From positions 97,252 to 161,251 of the forward strand of contig CBFFRQ010000048.1 in NCBI GenBank assembly GCA_965644315.1: a stretch of DNA of 64,000 nucleotides. The letters run 5' to 3'. The translations under genes were made by a program, and so were the position numbers. Of the stretch, positions 1-10,928 are shown in pieces; within the stretch, counting starts at the first letter, position 1, and every line of letters starts with the position of its first letter. The notes under the pieces are model-generated. The model was given only the letters and a program-made list of their open reading frames with translations, made no database searches and was not told the DNA's origin. This stretch comes from Caecitellus pseudoparvulus (lineage: Eukaryota; Protista; Bigyra: Bicosoecida).

Positions 1-2442
1 CAAATGCCCAAGGACCTGGGCGGCGAGACCGTGCAGCGGACCAAGGCGGCACTGCTGAGCCTGCTCAAGGTGGCCCAGGTCAGCCACGAGGAGTTCCTGC
101 AGCCAACAGGGAGTGTCGTGGGTATCCTGCAGGAGCGGGGCTCCCGGGATGCTGTGGGCGTGTTGCTGCCCAAGTACGGGGACTTGCCCCCTGGCGCCCC
201 CGTGCCGCAGAGCCACAACCAGGTGCGCCTGGCCCCCCTGGACCAGCGCATCCCCTGGATCATGATCCCTCGCGAGGACGCGCCCCCTGAGTTCCTGGCA
301 AACCCAGAGGCCTTTGCCACGACCCTGTTCCGAGGCACCATCACGCGGTGGTCAGAGCATTCCAACTTCCCCCTTGGCCACCTGGCTGAGAGCCTGGGGC
401 AGGCTGGGGACATCGAGGCAGAGACACAGGCCCTGCTGAAGGCCAACGGCATCTCCGACGAGCCTTTTTCGGAGGAGGTGATGGAGAGCCTGCAGGAGTT
501 CCTGCCCCGCGTGCACGGCGACGAGTTCGACATCCCGGAGGAGGAGGTAGCCCGCCGGCGCGATCTCAGGTCAACCCGCATCTTCTCCATCGACCCGTGG
601 TCGGCACGCGACCTTGACGATGCGCTGCACGTCACGCCACTTCCCGACGGCACCGTTGAGCTTGGCGTGCACATTGCCGACGTATCCTACTTCGTCCGCC
701 CGGATACGGCCCTGGACAGGGAGGCCGCTGAGAGGGCCACCAGTGTGTACCTCGTGCAGCGGGTGCTGCCCATGCTGCCTCGCCTGCTGTGCGAGAGCCT
801 GTGCAGCCTGAACCCCGGCGTGGACCGCCTGGCCTTCTCCTGCATCTGGCGCATGACCCGGAATGGAGACCTGGTGGGGGATGCGCCATGGGTGGGGCGC
901 ACTGTCATCCGCTCCTGTGCCAAGCTGGACTACGGCACGGCACAGAAGCTCATTGATGGGGCCTTGGAGCTGGACGAGGAGGGGCACGTGAAGGCGGCGC
1001 CGGACGGCGAGGGCGTCGTGGATGGCATCCCTGAGGACGTCTGGCCTGCGGAGCGCCGACCCTCTGACGGTGTGGACCCCGGCGCGGTGGTGTCTGATGT
1101 GCAGCTGATGAACAGCATCGCCAAGGGCAGGCGCGCCAAGCGTTTCCTGGCCGGTGCCATCAGCCTGAACCGCAACAAGATGTCTGTGCAGCGGGACCGC
1201 GACGGGAACCCCGTCGCACTGCGATCATACCCCATCCACGACTCCAACCGCCTTGTGGAGGAGTACATGCTGCTGGCCAACTACCTCGTGGCACAGCACC
1301 TCATCCACCACGCCGGCAGCAAGGCAGTCCTGCGCGACCACCCGCCGCCCCTGGCACGCAAGGTGCCGCTCGTCGAGCAAGCCATTCGAAAGCTAGGTTT
1401 TCCGAACTTTCAGTGGCGTTCCGGCCGCACCCTGCAGGCGTCCCTGCTGCGCATCAAGGATGAAGCGCAGACACTGGTGCAGGAGCAGCAGGACCGCATC
1501 GCCGCCAAGCTGGCCCAGCAGCTGGCACAAGAGGACGGCCAGGATGAGCTGCAGCTTCCACCTGAGTTGACGCCTGAGCTCGTGCAGGCTGGCATTGAGT
1601 CCATGGTCATGGGACCCATGAAGCCAGCGGAGTACTTTACTGTGGGCACCCGCAACGCGTCCAAGTGGAAGCACTACGGACTGGGCATTCCCTACTACAC
1701 GCACTTCACCTCCCCCATCCGCCGGTACGCGGATGTCATGGTGCACCGCCTGCTGCAGGCGACTCTGGACGGCCCAAAGGCAGTGGAGGCGGTGGGGGAC
1801 TCGGCCCGCTTCGCCGAGCAGTGCGAGCACTGCAACGAGCGCAAGTTCGCAGCCAAGGGCGCCCAGGAAATGAGCGACCAAGTGTTCATGTGCCTGTACT
1901 TGAAGCGGCACCCGACAGAGAAGGTCGGCATCGTCACTGACGTGTCGGGCAGTCGGTGGTTCAACGTGGCTGTGCCCGAGTGGGGTCTGGAGTGCTCCGT
2001 CCACGTTGACCGCCTTGGCGGCGAGGGGGACTTCGACGAGGCCAAAGGGCAGCTCCTCATCACACCGGCTGAGAAGGAAGGCGAGGAGGCGGAGGCCGCC
2101 CCCCGTGAAGGCGGCCCCAGCAAGTACACCGTGCGCACCCTGATGCCCATTAGGGTGCTGCTCGTGGCACGCACGAACACTCTGCCCATCGACTATGAGA
2201 TGATCCCCGTGGACCTCGTGCCGTGGAACGGACCAGCCGTGCAGGACGCCCTGAAGCAGGCCCAGGCGGATGGCATCCTGCAAGAGGCGGCGCCGGAGGC
2301 GGCGGCAGGGGCAGGGGACGCCGCGGCGGATCCGTCCCTCCTCGTCACGGCGGTGACTGGGCTGGACTCGTCGGCCAGCTTCGCTGGCAGTACGCTGTCG
2401 TCGCACGGAGGCGCGGCCATGGAGATGGAGGGGCAGGCATGA
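1..2442 (+). CDS. DIS3L2: DIS3-like exonuclease 2 (RNB/RNase II family 3'-5' exoribonuclease), probably 5'-truncated by the window edge
   Basis: RNB catalytic motif FSIDPWSARDLDDALH; TSVYLVQRVLPMLPRLLCESLCSLNPGVDRLAFS; HYGLGIPYYTHFTSPIRRYAD; HCNERKFAAK typical of the DIS3L2 branch. Confidence 0.9.
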   Translation, partial: QMPKDLGGETVQRTKAALLSLLKVAQVSHEEFLQPTGSVVGILQERGSRDAVGVLLPKYGDLPPGAPVPQSHNQVRLAPLDQRIPWIMIPREDAPPEFLANPEAFATTLFRGTITRWSEHSNFPLGHLAESLGQAGDIEAETQALLKANGISDEPFSEEVMESLQEFLPRVHGDEFDIPEEEVARRRDLRSTRIFSIDPWSARDLDDALHVTPLPDGTVELGVHIADVSYFVRPDTALDREAAERATSVYLVQRVLPMLPRLLCESLCSLNPGVDRLAFSCIWRMTRNGDLVGDAPWVGRTVIRSCAKLDYGTAQKLIDGALELDEEGHVKAAPDGEGVVDGIPEDVWPAERRPSDGVDPGAVVSDVQLMNSIAKGRRAKRFLAGAISLNRNKMSVQRDRDGNPVALRSYPIHDSNRLVEEYMLLANYLVAQHLIHHAGSKAVLRDHPPPLARKVPLVEQAIRKLGFPNFQWRSGRTLQASLLRIKDEAQTLVQEQQDRIAAKLAQQLAQEDGQDELQLPPELTPELVQAGIESMVMGPMKPAEYFTVGTRNASKWKHYGLGIPYYTHFTSPIRRYADVMVHRLLQATLDGPKAVEAVGDSARFAEQCEHCNERKFAAKGAQEMSDQVFMCLYLKRHPTEKVGIVTDVSGSRWFNVAVPEWGLECSVHVDRLGGEGDFDEAKGQLLITPAEKEGEEAEAAPREGGPSKYTVRTLMPIRVLLVARTNTLPIDYEMIPVDLVPWNGPAVQDALKQAQADGILQEAAPEAAAGAGDAAADPSLLVTAVTGLDSSASFAGSTLSSHGGAAMEMEGQA

Positions 2443-2475
2443 GGGGCGCGCCGGGGGGGGTGTGCGTGCATTGTT

Positions 2476-3217
2476 TCACCGGGCGTGAGCTGCCGGCCCC
2501 TCAGCCACTGCAGCGCCGAAGTGCTCCTTCATCAGCTCTTGCACGACTGGGGACGCGTTGGGGAAGATGCTAGCGGCCTGGGCGGGTGTCAGGTGTGCGG
2601 CGCCCTGCACGTGCCCCCTGCAGGAGGGCGCGCCACAGCCACAGGCGAAGGGGGAATCCATGGACCACTCAGTGGTGGCGTAGTCGAAGGTGACCCACTC
2701 GCCGCGCTTCACGGGCCGCGTCGCCACGACCCGCACGATCCACCCACCATCGTCCAATGCTTCAAACTCTATTTTCCCGCACGGCGCACAGCTGTGCGGC
2801 GTGTACCGCAGTGGCGCGCTCACCTGCGGGGAGAGCAATACACACAAGGCGGAGTGCAGGTGCAGGTGGAGCGATCCCGCTGCACGGCGCGGTGAAGGCG
2901 TCACGCACATCTACATGCTGGCCTGGCGCCACGCAGACCGTGTACATGGTCGGCTCTGGCAGGACTTCGGCGGCTGTCGTGGTGCTGTGCACCAGCACAG
3001 TGCCCATAGGGAAGTCATCTGTCGCCACGATGACCTTGTTGATGTCTTTCACCTCCTTGACAGCGACATTGTCGTTGGAGGGCGGCGTGGGCGGCAGGAT
3101 GGTGGACCACCTCGCCGGCCCAGCGAGCAAGGGGCGGAATTTGCAGCTGCTCCGAGGCACAGCCGCTGCTGCGGCGCCTGCCACCTTCAGCACGCAGCGA
3201 GGGATCCTTCCCGCCAT
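2476..3217 (-). CDS. Small SET-domain methyltransferase with post-SET Cys motif; 2 exons (3217-2909, 2823-2476)
   Basis: Spliced product has RYTPHSC (NHSC-like), VATRPVKRGEWVTFDY and FACGCGAPSCRG; 85-nt GTGCGT..CAG phase-0 intron; Arg/Ala-rich N-terminus may be an organellar presequence. Confidence 0.8.
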
Positions 3218-3518
3218 GTGGTCTGAGAGCTGAGATTGGTACTGTACTTTGTGCGTTCCTCCAGGCTTGCAGGTGCCTCCCGTGTTGCGCGGCAAGCGAA
3301 TCAGATTTGCCAACCACGGGCCTCTGTGCCCTGACTGCGAAGCTGTTCAGATTCCGGCCCCGCACACTTTCAAGAGACTTCCAAGCACCATTGCACTTCC
3401 AGGCACATAGCACACGTAGTGTTTCCTGCACCTCCAACTCATTCAACGTGCGTGTGCGGCGGCCCGCGCCGCTCCGTCAGCTCCAGAACACGCCCTGCTC
3501 CACACCACCCTGTCACAG

Positions 3519-4625
3519 ATGACTGATTCCACCATGATCCTCAAGGGCACCCTGGCGGGCCACTCTGACTGGGTGACTGCCATTGCCACCACCGAGGTCG
3601 ACTCTGAGATGATCGTGTCTGCCTCTCGTGGTGCGTGCAGGGAGCTCAGCTGCCTGGCGTCTGCAGGCCGCAGAGCCGCATTTCCGCACACATGCACTGC
3701 GCGCGCCCCCGCCCGCCACAGACAAGTCCCTGATCGTGTGGACCATCACTGGTGATGCTGAGACCTACGGCTACCCCCTGAAGTCCCTGCACGGCCACAA
3801 CCACTTCGTGCAGGACGTGTGCCTGTCCTCGGATGGCGAGTACGCTCTGTCCGCCTCTTGGGACGGCACCCTGCGTCTGTGGCAGCTGTCCACCGGCACC
3901 GTCGACAAGACCTTCGTCGACCACACCAAGGATGTCCTGTCCTGCTCCATCGCCCCCTGCAGCACCAAGGTTCGTGGCCTTCGCGCAGCGCCATTTCCGC
4001 AAGTTCCACAGCACGCTTTCCCCCCGCTGTCCTCCTGCAGATCCTGTCCGGCTCTCGCGACAAGACCATCAAGCTGTGGAACGTCGTCGGCAAGTGCATC
4101 TACACCCTGTCTGAGGACGGCCACACCGACTGGGTCAGCTGCGTGCGCTGCTCCCCCGCCGAGGACTCCGACATCGTCGTGTCTGCCGGCTGGGACAAGC
4201 TGGTGAAGGTGTGGAACCTGAAGACCTCCCGTCTCCAGACCGACCTGGTGGGCCACACTGGCTACCTGAACACCGTCACCGTCTCCCCTGACGGCTCCCT
4301 GTGCGCTTCCGGCGGCAAGGACGGCATCGCCATGCTGTGGGACCTGAACGAGGGCAAGAAGCTGTACGAGCTGGTGGCTGGCGACGAGATCAACACCCTG
4401 GTGTTCTCCCCCAACCGCTACTGGCTGTGCGCTGCCACCAAGAAGGGCATCAAGATCTACGACCTGGAGACCAAGTCCGTCGTCGCCGACCTGGAGCTGG
4501 AGGAGGAGGAGACCACCTCCAAGGACGCCCTGGTGCCTTTCTGCACCTCCCTGGCCTGGTCTGCGGATGGCTCCACCCTGTTCGCCGGCTACACCGACAA
4601 GCTCATCCGCGTCTGGGGCTTGTAA
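3519..4625 (+). CDS. RACK1: RACK1 (ribosomal WD40 protein); coding exons 3519-3630, 3722-3969, 4041-4625; probable 5'UTR intron 3448-3518
   Basis: [66 protein letters not shown]; phase-compatible introns; strong C/G-ending codon bias. Confidence 0.95.
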
Positions 4626-4794
4626 GCTGAGGGCATGCTCGGTGCAATGCATTCCTGGAAGCACAGCAACCCTGCCCCCCCCCCTTTGGCGCCAGTCCGC
4701 AACTGCCAATTTTCAAACCACTCCCCTCCCCACAAACCACAACTATGCGTGCCACCTCCCACATTTCGTTCTTGCGCCCCTACACTTTGCAGCT

Positions 4795-5323
4795 ATGTCG
4801 GACTCCGAAGAGCAGCCGGGATTGGGGGCTGGCGATTCAGAGGCATTTGGCGAAGCTGGCTTCGCAGCCGGCCGTGGGGCCTCAGGAGCGCGAGCAACTG
4901 CGGAAGCCAGTGCAACTGCGGACAGGGCTTTGACTAGCCAAGAAGAGGCTGCCGAGCACGGGAGGGAGTCCACCGCCAAGGCTCACGGGCATGCTGAGCA
5001 AGCCAGCAAGGAGGCAGAGCGCGCAGCTGCTGCGACGAGCGAAACTGGGGAAGAGATGCGAAAAGGCGGTGTTGTGCTGAAGAAACAGGAGGAGGGCATT
5101 ACACACGGCGAGGATGTGGTGCAGCCCCGGGTGAAGGTGTGTCTTGCTCGCCTCACAGTGCATCGCCTGCGACCGCGTTGGGACCGGTTGCCTTGCATTC
5201 CCCTTGCAGGAAGCAAGAGGGCGCGATGAGCCGCGTGAGCGGGGGTGCTGGGACAGATTCTGCTCGTGCTTCAGCAGCACCACCCCGAAGGAGCCTTCAG
5301 CCTCGGACCCCTTAATGATGTAG
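4795..5323 (+). CDS. Small hydrophilic protein with C-terminal Cys motif (paralog 1 of a tandem pair); intron 5137-5209
   Basis: Spliced ORF MSDSEEQP...VQPRVK|EARGRDEPRERGCWDRFCSCFSSTTPKEPSASDPLMM*; intron position and part of intron sequence shared with the next gene. Confidence 0.7.
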
Positions 5324-5500
5324 ATGACTTCGAGCTAGGTGTGGTCTTCGCTGAAAGGCCAAGCAGAGACCGCCGAGCGCCACTCCCTTCAAAGCCAGGA
5401 AGGCTGTCATTGTCAACCCTCAAATCACCCCCCCATCACGCACCACACACCATTGCACCACTAGCTCCTGCTGATTCTTGCCTTCTTGCTTGCTTCAGCC

Positions 5501-6237
5501 ATGTCGGACGCCGATGACGAGCCGGGTCAGGCAGCTAAGGGTTCGGAGACGCACACCCCAGCCGGGTTTGGGGCTGGCGGAGGCACCTCAGCAGTTGAAG
5601 CGAACAAAGAAACAGCTCCCACTGTGAAAGATGCTGTGGGTGTTCAAGAAGGTGGCACCGGCCGGGCGACGGGTGCCACTCAGGATCCTCACAAGCAAGC
5701 TAAAGATGCAGCCTCAGCAGCTGGGAAAACAGGCGATGGTGCAGAGGACACCAAGACAGAAGTGGAAGATTCCGGCAAGAATGTTTCGGACCAAGAAGAG
5801 GATGCGAAGAAAGAGGAAGGGAAAGTCGAGCCTTTCGTCCAGGTCTGTCTCAAGTGCTGGCCACTGCATCGCATCGCCTGCGACCACGTTGCCAACCTTC
5901 ACCCTGCTTTGTTTCGCAGCCACCTGAAGTTCCAGATGATCAGCCGAAGAAAGGATGCTGGGACTGGTTTTGCTCGTGCTTCAGCAGCACCACGCCGAAG
6001 GAGCCTTCAGCGTCCAGTGCTGCTGCGAAGTGGACGTGGAGGGTGTCACAGCATGTTGCAGTTTCAAGCAATGCATTTCAGGCAGCTCACAACAGGCCAT
6101 GGGCAGCAGCTGCTGCAAGGGTAGTGGTGGTGATTGGCACAGCGTACAAGGACTTGCCGCCTGCCGCGACGACGTCTGCCACGACGTACATGCCTTGCTT
6201 CAGCTCAGTGACACCAGCACCTGCGGCTGCGCCCTGA
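5501..6237 (+). CDS. Small hydrophilic protein with Cys motif (paralog 2); intron 5843-5919; 3' end uncertain
   Basis: MSDADDEP...VEPFVQ|PPEVPDDQPKKGCWDWFCSCFSSTTPKEPSAS; first in-frame stop (6235-6237) lies inside the convergent CDK5RAP1 CDS. Confidence 0.6.
6070..6077. terminator. Putative bidirectional 3'-end/polyadenylation signal AATGCATT
   Basis: Palindromic octamer at a convergent junction, ~10 nt past the CDK5RAP1 stop; same motif at other gene ends. Confidence 0.5.
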
Positions 6238-8240
6238 GTCAAGATGCGATGGACCCCACCATGCCCCCCCTCCGACAGAGTCGCAGCAGCCCCCTCCCGC
6301 AGTGCACCCGGGAGTGCCCTGGCACGAGCAAAGTCGAATTCCCCCCACACGTCCTCGGCTGTGCCGTCAGGGCGCAGGGCAGAGGTGTGGGGCGCGAGCG
6401 TGGCTCGCTGTGTGGCTGGCGCCGAACTCCAGCTCAACGCAGTGTCGCCCAGGTGTGTGGGCAGGTTGCCCGCTGGCTGCGTGGCGGGGCCCCGCAGCAG
6501 GTGGGGGGCGTCCAGGAGGGGCACGTCAGCCAGCACCACGCGCATGTTGTTGTCGGCCCGCCCTGTCCATGTGGGGGCTGCAGCGGTGCTGCGCTTGGAC
6601 GGGCCTTCAACCAGCACCACGACGCGCTTGCCAACTTCCGCCACATGCCGTTGGCGAGCACGCACATTGAAGACGTCAATGATTTCGCGCAGTCGGCGCA
6701 GTTTGGTGTCTTGTGGCACGTCGTCCTCCAGTTTGTGGGCAGCGTGAGTGCGCTCCCGCAGGCTGTACGCGAACAGGAAGCCCTGCTCATACCCCACTTG
6801 CTCCAGCAGCGACAGCGTGTCCTCGTGGTCCGCCTCGCTCTCGCCACAGAAGCCAGCGATGAAATCTGAGCTGAGGGCCACACCTGGCACCGTTTCGCGA
6901 ATGCGGTGGGCCAACTCCAGGTACGCCTCCCGAGTGTACAGTCGCCGCATGGAGCGCAGCACAGAGGTAGAGCCAGACTGCGCAGGCAAGTGCACCTGCT
7001 TGCACAGGTTGGGGCGTTCGTTCATCAGTTGTAAGAGCTCATCAGGAAAGTCTTTGGGGTGGGGGGATGTGAACCTCACTCGCATCTCAGGGTTTTCCCG
7101 AGTGACTCGCTCCAGCAACTCAGTGAAACGCACGCCCCCGCCGCCCCGAGCATTGTACAAGTTGCTGAAGCCGCTTGCCGTGTCTGTGTCGCCGCCCTTG
7201 GCGTATGGCCCTGAGATCGCTGCATCTGATGGGGTGCTGGCATCACGGTACGAGTTGACGTTTTGCCCCAGCAGCACAACCTCTTTGTAGCCCTGCTCGC
7301 CCAGCTGCGCCACCTCACGGCAAATGCTGCTCACATCACGGGAGCGCTCACGCCCTCGCGTGAAGGGCACGATGCAGTACGTGCACATGTTGTTGCACCC
7401 TCTCATTATGGAAACAAAGGCATGGGTGGAGTTTGCATCTGCCCGCACGGGTGCGATGTCTGCGTACGTTTCGTCTGCGCTCAGCTGCACGTTGATGGCA
7501 GCCAGTCCGCCCCCTGCCGGCACAGCGCCGCGGGACACGCGACGCTTGCTGCCAGCATGAACAGCATCCTCCACATCCTCTTGCGAAGCGCCACCCGTGA
7601 CGAGGGTGATGAGGTTGGGCAGGTCCCGGTAGGCGTCTGGTCCGACGACCAGGTCCACGGACTTGTCCGATTCCAGCAGCTGAGTCTTGAGCCGCTCAGC
7701 CATGCAGCCCAGCACCCCCACGACGGGGCGCTCCCCTTTCTTGCGCCGCGCCTTCATGTTCTTGAAGGCGCCCAGGCGCTGCCAGATCTTGGCCTCGGCG
7801 TTCTCCCGAATGGCGCAGGTGTTGGTCAGGATGACGTCGGCACTCTCTGCCTCTTCGCACCTTTCATAGCCAGCTGACTGCAGGACAGCCAGGACAATCT
7901 CACTGTCGCTGACGTTCATTTGACACCCATATGTCTCCAGGTACACGCTCTTCGGCTCTGACACCAGGTGTCCTCCGCTAGAGCTGGGCATGCTCATGTC
8001 GGAGGGAGCCAGGGGAGCTGCGGATTTTGACGCAACCTCTTCGACCGCCACGCCCGCGCGGGCGGCACCAATGAAGTGCTCCAGCTTCAGGTCCTGAACA
8101 GGCTCTGCTGCGCGAGCAAGCTTTGGCCCCACATCGCTGGCCAGGCCCCTCCCCCACACTCTTGGCGGGCAAGGCTGCAATACCGAACACAAGGCTCGCC
8201 ATGCCTGGCGCCGCTGGCCCGCAGCCATGGCACTTGCCAT
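6087..8240 (-). CDS. CDK5RAP1: Mitochondrial tRNA methylthiotransferase (MiaB/CDK5RAP1), radical SAM
   Basis: VYLETYGCQMNVSDSE, NTCAIRENAE, GVLGCMAERLK, MRGCNNMCTYCIVPFTRGRERSR, FTSPHPKDFP; presequence-like start MASAMAAGQRRQAW at 8240. Confidence 0.93.
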   Translation of the reverse strand: MASAMAAGQRRQAWRALCSVLQPCPPRVWGRGLASDVGPKLARAAEPVQDLKLEHFIGAARAGVAVEEVASKSAAPLAPSDMSMPSSSGGHLVSEPKSVYLETYGCQMNVSDSEIVLAVLQSAGYERCEEAESADVILTNTCAIRENAEAKIWQRLGAFKNMKARRKKGERPVVGVLGCMAERLKTQLLESDKSVDLVVGPDAYRDLPNLITLVTGGASQEDVEDAVHAGSKRRVSRGAVPAGGGLAAINVQLSADETYADIAPVRADANSTHAFVSIMRGCNNMCTYCIVPFTRGRERSRDVSSICREVAQLGEQGYKEVVLLGQNVNSYRDASTPSDAAISGPYAKGGDTDTASGFSNLYNARGGGGVRFTELLERVTRENPEMRVRFTSPHPKDFPDELLQLMNERPNLCKQVHLPAQSGSTSVLRSMRRLYTREAYLELAHRIRETVPGVALSSDFIAGFCGESEADHEDTLSLLEQVGYEQGFLFAYSLRERTHAAHKLEDDVPQDTKLRRLREIIDVFNVRARQRHVAEVGKRVVVLVEGPSKRSTAAAPTWTGRADNNMRVVLADVPLLDAPHLLRGPATQPAGNLPTHLGDTALSWSSAPATQRATLAPHTSALRPDGTAEDVWGEFDFARARALPGALREGAAATLSEGGHGGVHRILTQGAAAGAGVTELKQGMYVVADVVAAGGKSLYAVPITTTTLAAAAAHGLL

Positions 8241-8350
8241 GTTGCACCACTGCAGGCGTGCCAAGAGAACGGCGAATGCGCCTTGGCCCGCATGAGACGT
8301 CGAGAGTGTTTGTATTTGCACTGCCGTCCATACTGTGCCTGCAGGGTCCC

Positions 8351-10686
8351 TCACCCCCACCAGGAAGGCCGGTGACCCGCAACCCCCACCGCAGGCCTGT
8401 ACCCACCTACTGCCGGCTTGGCAGCCGCCTGCCGCCGCCCATACGCTGCCCCCGCATGAGATGGTGCCCCGACATGGTCCTGTCCCAGCGCCCGCGCCCC
8501 ATGGGCCGCCATGCGCCCTGGGTTGTAGGCGCCCCCTGCACGCCTGCGCCCGTGAGCTGCGCCTGAGCCAGCTTGGTACCACTGCACATTGCTGGGGGAG
8601 ATGGCGGGGGGGGCCTTGCCCACGCCGCCGCCTGCACCCCAGTACGACCCGCCTCGGGCGCTGGCACGGCTCCCACTGCCACTGCCGCGGCTTGCGTGGT
8701 ACCCATACTTGGCCCCGGATCCGACGGCTGGGCGAGAGGCTCCAGAGGGGGCACGGGCGGCAGACCCAGCACTGGGCGTGCGGGGGCCCCTGCTGGACCC
8801 CTTCACCCACACCCCCCCTGCGCCTGCCCTGTACCCCCCTCCGCCAGCTGAGGAGTGTGAGTCGCGGGAGGCCCCTCGGCCCCTGTCCACCCCCCCTCCC
8901 GCCCCGCTGCCACGGTAATATGGGTACGCCGCGGGGCGCTGGGGAGCTGCTGCTCTGCTAGGCGCACCCACTGCGCTGGCGTAGCTAGCGTGCACTTGCT
9001 GGGCACTTGCCTGGGGACGGGACCAAATTCCCAGAGGCGCACGCGACCCGGCCTCCCCCGCGTAATACTGGGGCTGCACCGCCCGCCCCACATGGCGAGC
9101 GGGGGGCCCATGGGACCCCGGTGCGCGGGCTCCACGTGCGTGGCCCTCAGCAGGCGGCAGACTGGCCTCGGACACAGCGCGACGCATGCCATCCCCACCC
9201 CCCCTCCGCATGCCTGCCTGCCGGGCCAATGCAGCCTCAGCCACGGCCTTGGCCGCACGGTCAGCGGCAGAGAGGCGGGTGGGTGCAAGGGCAGGCTGCC
9301 TGCTGCCACTGGACGTGGCTGGTTCAGCTGCCAGAGATCCGACCCTTGATCGTGGGGGGGGGCCGTCGCCGCTGCCACTGGTGCTGCCGCCTGTGCCCTT
9401 GCTGCCCCGTGTGGAGTCATACCTGGCGGCAGGCAGGGACTCTGTGATCTGCCGCATCTTCGACGGATGGGCCAGTCCCCTCGGAGCGGCGATGGTGGCC
9501 AGCATATCGCCGGGCTCCGTCTCCAGCGCCGCGGCGACGTCCAGGGTGGCATTCATCCACTGGCGCAGCATGGCCTTGCGCTCGGCGATGATGGGCGTGG
9601 ACAGCAGTTCTTCCGCCGACGGCCGGTGCTTGGGGTTCAGCTTCAAGCAGGCGCGGATGATGCTCTGCAAGTCGGCGGAGTAGGTGGAGGGCAGGCGGGC
9701 GTAATACCCAGTCTGCACCCGCCGGGACAGCTCGTCGATGTCCCGGCCCTTGAACGGCACCTGCAGCGCCACCAGTTCGTACAGGATGCAGCCCAGGCTC
9801 CAGATGTCGCTCTTCGCGTCGTAGGCCTTGCCTCGGAAAATCTCAGGGGACATGTAGTACGGCGTGCCGATCTGGGTGGCCGCCATACCCTGCTTGGCCA
9901 GCTTGCTGACGTTCATGTCCCCGATCTTCACGTGGCCGTCCAGGGTGAGGAACATGTTGGCTGTCTTCAAGTCTCGGTGCAGGATCTGCTTGCTGTGAAG
10001 GTGTGCGATGCCCTCCAGCATCTGGATGAAGTAGGACCACACCAGGTTCTCGTCCAGGCGCTGGCGTGCCTTGACACAGGCCTTCACCTTCTCCGCCACA
10101 TCGCCGCCGTCCGCGAACTCCATGACGATGTAGATGTCCATGCTGGCCTCCCCCACGAAGGCCTCCATGAAGTTCACGATGTTGGGATGGCGGATGCTGG
10201 CCAGAAACCTGGGAAACCGCCACCGCGCAGGCACGTCCACGTGCAGCCATTTGCGCGACGCTTGAGTGCGAAAGAACGCACCTGATTTCGTTCAGCGTGT
10301 CTTGGATCTCCCGGTGAGTCATCCTGAGCCAAGCGGTGTCGGTCGGCGGGGTGGCCGGCCAGCGTTTCTCACATGCTCAACGGCACTGCCTGAAAGCCAC
10401 ATCCTGAGTGGAAAAAGGCAAGTAACTCAGCAAACACACCTTGAGATATTGACCTTTTTCAGAGCATACACTTCCCCATCCTCGATGCGTTGCACCTGTG
10501 GCAAGAACGCTTGCTCGGTGGTGCAATGTCGCTGCCCCAAATTCCGCAGGCACCTCTCCTTCGCAGGCACGCTGGGCCACGCACCTTGTAGACTTCGCCG
10601 AAAGCGCCTTTCCCAAGGCGCTTCACCACTCGGAAATCCTTGATTGTCGTCCGGGTTGAGCCGCCCGCGGCGCCGTGGGACGCCAT
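8351..10686 (-). CDS. NIMA-related (NEK) Ser/Thr kinase; exons 10686-10585, 10495-10440, 10323-10282, 10208-8351
   Basis: Spliced LGKGAFGEVYK|VQRIEDGEVYALKKVNISR|MTHREIQDTLNEIR|FLASIRHPNIV, HRDLKTAN, IGDMNVSK, TQIGTPYYMSPE; long disordered C-tail. Confidence 0.9.
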
Positions 10687-10928
10687 GGAGCGCTCCGCAA
10701 CTGGTCTGAATCCAGGCAAGTGGCACCAGCTACCCAGTGGTTTTCAGAGGGCGACAATGGCGCGGTCAGGCAGCGAAAAGGTGGAGACATGGATCGGATG
10801 AATGACTGCGGACACCCCGCTTTCCATGTTTTGCAGCATGCGGGCTGCGGTGCCACCTGGTGCCATTGACCACCTTCCAACTCGCAAGAGTGGCCTCATG
10901 ACAATGGCGTGCTCAGAACAACACGCAT

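Noticed and set aside
6087-8810. 907-aa CDK5RAP1 ORF and similar long N-terminal extensions (CFAP57 from 33562, Pol5 from 52609, PP2C from 53314, DPH1 from 41537)
   Set aside because: Artefacts of alternative-start ORF calling in GC-rich, intron-containing DNA; spliced ATG-initiated models restore the conserved N-termini.
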